NCBI RefSeq assembly: GCF_001017655.1
Contig: NZ_CP010904.1
Span: 1,230,001 to 1,262,000, forward strand
From: Kiritimatiella glycovorans
Lineage (GTDB): Bacteria > Verrucomicrobiota > Kiritimatiellia > Kiritimatiellales > Kiritimatiellaceae
Direction of reading: 5' to 3'
DNA length: 32,000 nt
Shown here piece after piece: positions 15,428-22,212 of the stretch. Below the pieces are notes generated by a model. It worked only from the letters and a program-made list of their open reading frames with translations. It was not told the origin of the DNA and searched no databases. Made by a program: the position numbers and the translations under genes. The stretch's first letter is position 1, and the number at the start of each line of letters is the position of its first letter.

Positions 15428-16102
15428 TCAGTGGCGGGCCATAAGGTGCAGGTCTTCCGAAGAGCGGATTTTGAAGTTTGAGGCGGGTGACTCGACGAGG
15501 TGGACGGGCTGGTTGCTCGATTCCACAATGGCGGATTCGTCTTCCGTCCAGCTGATCTTTTTCCTGGCCGCGTGCGCCAGCGCCTTGGACAGCACCGTGT
15601 GCTTGAACGCCTGAGGCGTCTGCGCGATCCAGACCGTATTCTTTTCGGCCGTTGCCTTAACTTTTTTGCCCTGGGCGGTGAACTTGAGGGGTTCCGTGAT
15701 CAGATTCGCCGCGACCGCGGCCCCGTATCGTTTGGCGGCCTTCACCGTCTGGCCGAGTACATCCTGATCGACCATGGGCCGCGAAGCCTCGTGCAGGAGG
15801 TACACACCTTTTTCGTCCCCGGCCTGCTCGAGCACGCGCTCCAGATTGGCTCTTCGCTGACGCCGGCCGGCGAGAATGTTGGTGACCTTGGTGCATCCCA
15901 TCATGCGGACCAGATTCGCCGCCCTCTCGATGCGTTCCTTGTCGACCACCAGCATGATGCGGTCGATATCGGGGCAGCGCTCGAACGCCGCCAGAGAATG
16001 GCCGATCACCGGACGGGGCCCCAGGCTGAGAAAAGCCGTTTCCATGCCCTGCCCGATCTCTTCACTTTTTCCGCAACCGATGATAACACCCCAGACCGCC
16101 AC
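15428..16102 (-). CDS. ispD: IspD-like nucleotidyltransferase (MEP cytidylyltransferase family) with a divergent N-terminal nucleotide-binding motif
   Basis: 224 aa. Family blocks present are YLLHEASRP, IAQTPQAF, WTEDESAIVE and NFKIRSSEDL. The usual AAGxGxRM...PKQ(F/Y)L N-terminal motif reads GCGKSEEI...METAFL here. Confidence 0.7.
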   Translation of the reverse strand: MAVWGVIIGCGKSEEIGQGMETAFLSLGPRPVIGHSLAAFERCPDIDRIMLVVDKERIERAANLVRMMGCTKVTNILAGRRQRRANLERVLEQAGDEKGVYLLHEASRPMVDQDVLGQTVKAAKRYGAAVAANLITEPLKFTAQGKKVKATAEKNTVWIAQTPQAFKHTVLSKALAHAARKKISWTEDESAIVESSNQPVHLVESPASNFKIRSSEDLHLMARH

Positions 16103-16184
16103 CGCTCATCTCCTTTTGCCGTTCGCAATAAAGGCTTTGGATACAATATTTTAGTGGCGAGGTCAATCATGAAGTGGTCCCGGC

Positions 16185-16328
16185 CAGCGATTCTCATTAT
16201 GGCTTCACCCTTTTCGGTCGAGGTGGCACCCGACCCTCCCAGTGCCCGAAAATGCGTCGGATATCGACTCGGGAGGGACGGCTGCCACGCCGTCCGCGGT
16301 CGGAATGCGGCCATAATGAGAACGGCTG
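16185..16328 (-). mobile_element. MITE-like element, copy 3 (144 bp, inverted relative to copies 1 and 2)
   Basis: 142/144 identical to the reverse complement of copy 1 by hand alignment. A perfect 9-bp duplication GGTCCCGGC lies at 16176-16184 and 16329-16337. Confidence 0.88.
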
Positions 16329-16446
16329 GGTCCCGGCTTCGCTGAGAGCGGGCACGATGTAGCGCGGTCGGATTTCGGGTTCAGCCACCGAGATTCCGGC
16401 CGTTCCCGGAATTCAAGCGTGCCGATAAAATGTGCGCTGCGGCCGG

Positions 16447-16475
16447 TTGACATTACCCCCGTAATCACGTAAAAG
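16447..16475 (+). promoter_or_regulatory. Putative sigma-70-type promoter of rpsU
   Basis: TTGACA (16447-16452), a 17-nt spacer, then TAAAAG (16470-16475), about 40-50 nt upstream of the rpsU start. Confidence 0.4.
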
Positions 16476-16525
16476 GGTCCGCTTTACGAGAACCCTGCAG
16501 GCAACGAGAACGGAGAGTGGTATAC

Positions 16526-16726
16526 GTGGCATCGACGACCGTAGAAGTGAAAGTGCGCCGCGGCGAGTCCGTCGAAAAGGCGATTCGCCGCCTGAAGAAG
16601 AAGCTGGACAAGGAAGGCGTCATGAAGTCCATGCGGGCTCATCGTCATTTCGAAAAGCCCAGCGACAAGCGTCGGCGCAAGGCCGCCCGCGCCCGCAGCC
16701 GTGCGATGCGGACAGCGCGCAGCTGA
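16526..16726 (+). CDS. rpsU: 30S ribosomal protein S21
   Basis: The basic ~66-aa product (..VEVKVRRGESVEKAIRRLKKKLDKEGVMKSMRAHRHFEKPSDKRRRK..) is the typical S21 pattern. GTG at 16526 lies 8 nt after GGAGAG. The ORF-track GTG at 16517 overlaps that RBS. Confidence 0.88.
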   Translation: MASTTVEVKVRRGESVEKAIRRLKKKLDKEGVMKSMRAHRHFEKPSDKRRRKAARARSRAMRTARS

Positions 16727-16774
16727 ACGCGCGCAACCGACTTTCCTTAATGCTGCCGAGGACCGGTGGATCAT

Positions 16775-16850
<76 letters not shown>

Positions 16851-17020
16851 ATTTTCCTGATTTCCACATTGGGACACCCGGGGGAAGATCGTACTGGTAC
16901 GCGTAATCGGTCCCTGCCTTTTCTACTCCTGAACTGCCTGCCGGCAGTAAGGAGCGGGTTCTCTCCGGCGGCGCGCCGTCTGTCGCCCGTCACCGTCGAA
17001 CCGCAACGCCCATGCGGCGC

Positions 17021-17893
17021 TCACTCGCCGTCACGGGCCAGCGCCCGCAGATTGATTCGGACCCGGTCGCTCAGCGGCGGTTCAGGTTCGGGAGGACGCA
17101 TCGCCACCATGTTCCCCTCCCGGTTCCGGGCGGCGAAACGCAGGACTTCATAGCGCCCGGGCATCCACAGCATTTCCGTCTCCAGTCCCCGCACGACTCC
17201 GCCTCCGGCCAGCTGAACGCGGCCGGATTCGAGCTGCAGCCCGTAGAGCATCCTTCCGGGAAGCTGCAGCGGAACCCATTCGGCTCGCACGCCTTCGGCA
17301 AAGGCCACCGCCGCGCTGTTGCGATTGTTCCAGATCAGCCGTCCGCGCTCCATCACAACCCGGGCGTCGCGCAGCAGAGCGAAATCAAACAACGCTCCTT
17401 CTGTTCCGGGTTTGGTCGTTTCCGGGAGACCGAATACGGGGGCCAGCGCCTCCGCGGCGCGCCGCAGCCCGTCCGGAGCCCAGGTTCCGTTCTCACGCCG
17501 CACGAACTGAGCCTCGACTCCGTCAAGCCGGAGCGTCCGCATCCACGGGTCCCGTTTGCGAAATGCGTTAAGCCAGCGCGGGCGGACCGTGGCTTCGCTG
17601 ATCCGGATCGCGGGCTGGGCCCCCTGCCCCTCCGCGGTCATTGAAACCCCCGTAATCTTAAGTTTAAGATCCGCCGTGAGCAGGGTGCGGTCGAGATGCA
17701 CCGGCATTCCACATCGCTTCGCCAGGCGCCGGGTCACGATCGTGCGAAACCCGTCCGTGCGCACCATGAGATGTGCGGTGATGTACAGGATCAGCAGGAC
17801 CGCCGCGAAAAAAAACAGTGCCCCGGCGACCCCCGATCCGCGTCCCGGCCCTTCCCGCTTCGTCTTTTTCGAAGCCTTTTTCTTATCCGTCAC
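17021..17893 (-). CDS. Hypothetical protein with a Lys-rich N-terminus and a single N-terminal transmembrane anchor
   Basis: 290-aa ORF that overlaps the proC stop by 11 nt, so it is in the same operon. MTDKKKASKKTKRE is followed by the hydrophobic GVAGALFFFAAVLLILYITAHLM. I recognise no family. Confidence 0.6.
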   Translation of the reverse strand: MTDKKKASKKTKREGPGRGSGVAGALFFFAAVLLILYITAHLMVRTDGFRTIVTRRLAKRCGMPVHLDRTLLTADLKLKITGVSMTAEGQGAQPAIRISEATVRPRWLNAFRKRDPWMRTLRLDGVEAQFVRRENGTWAPDGLRRAAEALAPVFGLPETTKPGTEGALFDFALLRDARVVMERGRLIWNNRNSAAVAFAEGVRAEWVPLQLPGRMLYGLQLESGRVQLAGGGVVRGLETEMLWMPGRYEVLRFAARNREGNMVAMRPPEPEPPLSDRVRINLRALARDGE

Positions 17894-18704
17894 CGGCCAG
17901 CTCCTTTGAACGCTGCTCTGCCGCGTGCATCGCCCTGATCACGGCGTCCTTCACCCCCGCCCGCTCGAGTTCGCCGAGCGCGGCCTCCGTGGTCCCGCCG
18001 GGCGACGTAACCCGCGCCCGCAGAACGGCAGCGTCCTCGCCGGATTCGCCCATGAGATCGGCGGCGCCTTTGACCGTGGCCAGCGCGAGTTTTCTCGATT
18101 CCGGGTCCGGCAGCCCCATGGTCTTCGCCGCGTCGAGCATGGCCTCGAGCAGGTAAAACACATACGCCGGCCCGCTTCCGCTGAGCGCGGTCACGGCGTC
18201 CAGCGCCTCTTCCCCCATCGGCACGGCGACGCCGACCGACTGCATCACGGCGGCGGCGAAGGCGGTGTCCGCCTCCGTGGCGGCGCGTCCCGCCGCATAC
18301 GCCGCCGCGCCGCGCCCGATCAGCGCCGGCGTGTTGGGCATCACCCGCACCACCCGCGTGCGGGCGCGCAGGCCCTCTTCAATAGTCCGCGTGCGCACCC
18401 CCGCCGCGATCGAAATGACCAGCTTGTCCTCGACCGGAGATCCCGACAGCTCCTCGAGCACGGACCCGAGGATCTGCGGCTTTACCGCCAGCAGTACGGC
18501 GTCCGCCGACTCCGCCGCGGCCCGGTTGTCCTCCAACGCCTCAACCCCGATCGATTCCGAAAACAATGCACGGCGACCGGGATCCACGTCGCTGACGCAG
18601 ATCCGCCCGGCTTCCACTTCCCCGGCGTCAAGCAGTCCGCGGACGATCGCCTCGGTCATGTTGCCCGCCCCGATGAAGGCGATATTCGAATCCTGCAGTT
18701 TCAT
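17883..18704 (-). CDS. proC: Pyrroline-5-carboxylate reductase
   Basis: 273 aa. The N-terminal Rossmann motif is IAFIGAGNMTEAIVRGL. Also present are RVMPNTPALIG and the C-terminal SPGGTTEAAL block. Confidence 0.92.
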   Translation of the reverse strand: MKLQDSNIAFIGAGNMTEAIVRGLLDAGEVEAGRICVSDVDPGRRALFSESIGVEALEDNRAAAESADAVLLAVKPQILGSVLEELSGSPVEDKLVISIAAGVRTRTIEEGLRARTRVVRVMPNTPALIGRGAAAYAAGRAATEADTAFAAAVMQSVGVAVPMGEEALDAVTALSGSGPAYVFYLLEAMLDAAKTMGLPDPESRKLALATVKGAADLMGESGEDAAVLRARVTSPGGTTEAALGELERAGVKDAVIRAMHAAEQRSKELAGDG

Positions 18705-18730
18705 GACAGCTCCACCCCGACCTCTCCCGT

Positions 18731-18814
18731 CTAACTCTGACTCTGACTCACACTCTGACTCTGATTCTGACTCTCACTCTAATTCTGACTCTGACTCTGA
18801 CCCTAACCCTACTT
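18731..18814. repeat. Degenerate hexanucleotide tandem repeat, (CTGACT)n, ~14 units, in the yggS-proC intercistronic spacer
   Basis: Units in order: ctaact ctgact ctgact cacact ctgact ctgatt ctgact ctcact ctaatt ctgact ctgact ctgacc ctaacc ctactt. Positions 1, 2 and 4 of the hexamer are nearly invariant (CTNA..). Position 6 is T in 12 of 14 units, the exceptions being the 3'-most decayed units ctgacc and ctaacc. The last unit contains the yggS stop codon (18809-18811). Confidence 0.9.
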
Positions 18815-19498
18815 CCTTTTCCCGAAGATAGCCGTGCCCACGCGCACCAGCGTGGCGCCTTCCTCGATCGCCACCGCGTAATCGTTCGACATGCCCATCG
18901 AGAGTTCCGGCAGCGGGGTGCCGGTCTCCGCGGTGAGCCGATCCCGCAGCTCCCGAAGCTGCGCGAACCACGGGCGCGATTTTTCCGGTTCGGGAGCGAA
19001 GGGCGGGATGGTCATCAGTCCGTGGACCTCCAGCCGGGCGGTGGCGTTGACGGCGTCGACCAGCTCGCGCGCTTCGGCCGGATCGGCCCCGTGCTTGGCC
19101 GCCTCGCCCGCGATGTTGATCTGCAGAAGAACGGGGGTCGTGCCCGTGGCGTGTTTGTCCAGTTCGTCGATCAGCCTCCGGGAATCGACCGACTGAATAC
19201 AGGTGAACAGCGGCAGCGCGCGCCTGACCTTGTTGCGCTGGAGGTGCCCGACGAGGTGCCACTCGAGCGTACCGGGACAGCGGACGATCTTGGAGGCGGC
19301 CTCCTGGACCTTATTTTCCCCGAACAGCGTCAGACCGCATTCCGCTGCGTCCGCGATCTCTTCCGGGGTGCGCGTTTTCGACACCGCCATCAGCCGCACC
19401 CCGGCGACATCCCGTCCGCTCCGGTCGCAGGCTTCGGCGATCCGCTGCCGCACGGTATCGATGCGGGTTCCGATGGTTTCCCCCTCAGCGGGCATCAT
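18809..19498 (-). CDS. yggS: YggS-family pyridoxal-5'-phosphate homeostasis protein (PLPBP)
   Basis: Blocks VRLMAVSKTRTPEEI (PLP Lys), FGENKVQEA, WHLVGHLQRNKV and MGMSNDY are present. ATG at 19498 lies 6 nt after AAGGAG. The ORF track starts at GTG 19501. Confidence 0.9.
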   Translation of the reverse strand: MMPAEGETIGTRIDTVRQRIAEACDRSGRDVAGVRLMAVSKTRTPEEIADAAECGLTLFGENKVQEAASKIVRCPGTLEWHLVGHLQRNKVRRALPLFTCIQSVDSRRLIDELDKHATGTTPVLLQINIAGEAAKHGADPAEARELVDAVNATARLEVHGLMTIPPFAPEPEKSRPWFAQLRELRDRLTAETGTPLPELSMGMSNDYAVAIEEGATLVRVGTAIFGKRK

Positions 19499-20621
19499 CA
19501 CCTTCTCCTTTCCTGCGGCTCATGATCCGGACGAGGAGGAGTTCGATCAGGGTATAGGGATCGGCGCGGCCACTCATCACGAGTCGTTCATGGGTCTGCA
19601 GGGCGTCTTCCATCGCCCCGTTCAATTCCCCGGTCCGGTAATGGCGGGCCTGCTTAAACAGAAGCTGCGCGCGAAACCAGTGGATTTTGCGCGGGTCCTC
19701 CGCCAGAGCACCCAGCAACCGGTCGGTCTCCGGGCCCTCCGACCAGTTCACGAACATTTTGGGGCCCGACTGTCGCAGGGACACGAGTTTCTGATCGAGG
19801 CAGTCGCGCATGCGCCGCAGGATTCGGAGGCGGTTCTCGATCGACATCATCAGCGCCACGGCCTGAACCCCCTGCCGCCGCAGCCGGTCGAGCACCGCCA
19901 GGGCCGCATCCAGCCGCCGGTCGCCGAGCGCGTCCTCCAGATCCCAGGCGAGCAGTTCGCGGGAGGGCGTCACGATTTCCCCGATATCCTCGGTGCGGAC
20001 CTCGCGGCGCTCCCCGAGATAGAGGTCCAGCTTCTGCAGTTCGCTTGAGATGGCGCCCGAATCGAGTCCCACCTGGTCGACCAGCCGCTCCGCCACCGGT
20101 TCCGGGAGGCGCAGCCCCAGATTCTTCGCCGCCGCGCGGGCCCGGGTTACGACGACCGGCCGGGCCTTATACGGCTTATCGGGCAGTCCGAGATCGCGGA
20201 CGCCTTCCGCTTCGCGCAGGGCCTTTACCAGGGCCGAACGGCCGTCGACCGCGCCCGCGCTGATCACGAGCATGTGAGGGTCCAGCCCCCGGCGGATCTC
20301 ATCTCTGAGGGCGGACAGCTTTTTCTTCAACTCCTCGGACGCGCGGAAGCTCTTTTCGATAAACCGTGCCCGGCGGATCCAGACCACTTTGGCGCCGCCC
20401 AGCAGCCCGCCCGTGTGCAGGGCCTCGAGCGCGTCGTTGATCGCGGAGACGGCCTCCGATGAATCGTTCACATCGCCGCTCACGGTTTCGAGGCCGAGCG
20501 CCTGCTGCTCCGGAGGACAGCGCTCATGCACCAGATCCCGGGCTCCGCGGTCGGCCAGGTAATCGTCGCCGCAGAACAGTACGGCAGAGGTTCCCGAGGC
20601 GTCATCGGCTGGCGGCGTCAT
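19485..20621 (-). CDS. holA: DNA polymerase III delta subunit
   Basis: ~378 aa from ATG 20621 (AAGGA 8 nt upstream). It shows the delta-like pattern: VLFCGDDYL.., ..GGAKVVWIRRARF.., ELQKLDLYLGERREVRTEDIGEIV, and LEDALGDRRLDAALAVLDRLRRQGVQAVALMMSIENRLR. It overlaps the yggS start. Confidence 0.75.
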   Translation of the reverse strand: MTPPADDASGTSAVLFCGDDYLADRGARDLVHERCPPEQQALGLETVSGDVNDSSEAVSAINDALEALHTGGLLGGAKVVWIRRARFIEKSFRASEELKKKLSALRDEIRRGLDPHMLVISAGAVDGRSALVKALREAEGVRDLGLPDKPYKARPVVVTRARAAAKNLGLRLPEPVAERLVDQVGLDSGAISSELQKLDLYLGERREVRTEDIGEIVTPSRELLAWDLEDALGDRRLDAALAVLDRLRRQGVQAVALMMSIENRLRILRRMRDCLDQKLVSLRQSGPKMFVNWSEGPETDRLLGALAEDPRKIHWFRAQLLFKQARHYRTGELNGAMEDALQTHERLVMSGRADPYTLIELLLVRIMSRRKGEGDDAR

Positions 20622-20634
20622 CTCTGTCCTTTCG

Positions 20635-20663
20635 TTGAAGTCTGTGTCTGAACGTTCTAGTAT
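20635..20663 (+). promoter_or_regulatory. Putative sigma-70-type promoter for the HIT-family gene
   Basis: TTGAAG (20635-20640), a 17-nt spacer, then TAGTAT (20658-20663), in the holA/HIT divergent spacer. Confidence 0.35.
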
Positions 20664-20729
20664 TTTTACGCCCGCAACAAAAGAAGGCATTTACAGGACA
20701 CGCACGGAAAATCACCGGAGCACCTTATT

Positions 20730-21218
20730 ATGAACCAGCGACCCCTCTGGGCCCCCTGGCGCATCGAATACATCCGCGGCAGCCGCGAAGAGGAATGCTT
20801 CATCTGCCGCGTCCTCGAGTCGCCGCCGGAAAAAAGCCGCGAAGACCTCGTACTCTTCCGGGGGGAACACGCCATGATCATGCTCAACCGTTTCCCGTAC
20901 AACAGCGGGCACCTCCTGGTCGCCCCGCGCCGGCACGTGGCCGGCTACGAGGAGCTGGACGCCGCGGAGCATGCCGAGATTTCAAGCCTGTCGGCGAGGG
21001 CCATCCGAATCCTTCGCGACGTGATGTATCCGGACGGGTTCAACGTCGGATTCAATCTCGGCGCGGCCGGCGGCGCCGGACTCGAAAGTCATATCCATCA
21101 GCACATTGTTCCGCGCTGGACGGGCGACACCAATTTCATGCCCGTGCTGGGCGATACGCGCGTCGTGCCCGAAGCGCTGGAGAGCACCTACGACGTGTTG
21201 AAACCCCGGTTCGGCTGA
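20730..21218 (+). CDS. HIT-family nucleotide hydrolase/transferase (Ap4A phosphorylase-like branch)
   Basis: 162 aa. The histidine triad is HIHQHIVPRW. The N-terminal PLWAPWRIEYI, NRFPYNSGHLLVAPRRH and the TNFMPV tail are typical of this HIT subgroup. Confidence 0.85.
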   Translation: MNQRPLWAPWRIEYIRGSREEECFICRVLESPPEKSREDLVLFRGEHAMIMLNRFPYNSGHLLVAPRRHVAGYEELDAAEHAEISSLSARAIRILRDVMYPDGFNVGFNLGAAGGAGLESHIHQHIVPRWTGDTNFMPVLGDTRVVPEALESTYDVLKPRFG

Positions 21219-21233
21219 ATCGGGCCGCGGCGT

Positions 21234-21554
21234 TCATTCCCCCGGCTCGTCCGCGCCTTTTCGCAGGGTCGATTCCAGGCTGCGGATCTGCTGTTGTTTG
21301 CGATTACCCCAGACGATCAGAAGAGGCAGCATCAGCGAAAACGGAAGCGTCGCCATCCACCCGTACGGCGCCGGGATCAGGAACAGCAGGGCGATAAAAA
21401 CGAGCGCGAAAACCCACATCATCACGGACGCGCGGATCATGAAGGTGCGCTCCAGCGGCCCGTTCGTGTTTTTGATGCTGCACCACGTGCCGACGGCCCC
21501 GCCCGCGACGCCGACAAGCGTTCCGACCACTCCGCCGATAAGTCCCGGGTTCAT
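21234..21554 (-). CDS. Small hypothetical membrane protein (106 aa)
   Basis: It has a Gly-rich hydrophobic N-terminal segment plus two further hydrophobic segments. Its start overlaps the DJ-1 stop (ATGA), which suggests translational coupling. Confidence 0.55.
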   Translation of the reverse strand: MNPGLIGGVVGTLVGVAGGAVGTWCSIKNTNGPLERTFMIRASVMMWVFALVFIALLFLIPAPYGWMATLPFSLMLPLLIVWGNRKQQQIRSLESTLRKGADEPGE

Positions 21555-22105
21555 AACGCACCTCCCAGCAATAACTCACGCCGCACTTCATCCGCCTTCC
21601 GGGGGCTGTGGAGTTCGGCGATGATCCTGAGCGCGAATTCGAACGCGGTCCCGGGCCCCTGGCTCGTAATCAGGTGCCGGTCGACCACCACCGGCTCCGC
21701 GGAGCGCGTCACCCCGCTCATCTTCTCCTCGATGCCGGGATAGCAGGTGAACCGTTTACCGGTCAGGATGCCCGCGCGATGGAGCACGAGAGCCGCCGCG
21801 CAGATGGCTCCGATCCATGTTCCATCGCGGTCGAAGGCCCGCAGCGTTTCCAGCACGCCCTCGTGTCCGCAGAGGCGTTCGGCGCCGCCCATCCCGCCGG
21901 GCAGAATCAGCATATCGAACGCGCCGGGGTCCGCTTCGTTCCACGCGCAGTCCGGACAGAGCTTGGTTCCGCGCGACGCGGTGACCACGCCGGGTTCGAG
22001 TCCGGCCGCGACCGTCTCCAGCCCCGCCCGGCGCAGCACATCCATGGCGATCACGGCTTCCATTTCCTCGCAGCCTTCGGCCAGCACGATCAGAATACGG
22101 CTCAT
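21551..22105 (-). CDS. DJ-1/PfpI (ThiJ) family protein
   Basis: 184 aa. Blocks present are ILIVLAEGCEEMEAVIAMDVLRRAG, LILPGG and the nucleophile-elbow AICAAALVL. Confidence 0.88.
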   Translation of the reverse strand: MSRILIVLAEGCEEMEAVIAMDVLRRAGLETVAAGLEPGVVTASRGTKLCPDCAWNEADPGAFDMLILPGGMGGAERLCGHEGVLETLRAFDRDGTWIGAICAAALVLHRAGILTGKRFTCYPGIEEKMSGVTRSAEPVVVDRHLITSQGPGTAFEFALRIIAELHSPRKADEVRRELLLGGAL

Positions 22106-22212
22106 CGTCTTTCTCCCTCCGGTTCGGCGCTTGACGATCCGAGTCGAAAACGGCTTATTGTGCGGATGTTCGCTTCTTTCGGATCACGCTTTTCAGTATA
22201 GGCGGAACTGCG

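Noticed and set aside
18731-18831. The hexamer tract as coding sequence for an (SD)n / S-[D/H/N] repeat peptide (plus-strand ORF 18265-18831), or as a telomere-like/G-quadruplex motif (GGGTTAGGGT on the minus strand)
   Set aside because: The plus-strand ORF is otherwise entirely antisense to proC and has no start or RBS near the tract. All minus-strand frames contain stops. Only two G-tracts are present, which is too few for a quadruplex. The TTAGGG resemblance is limited to about 2 units.
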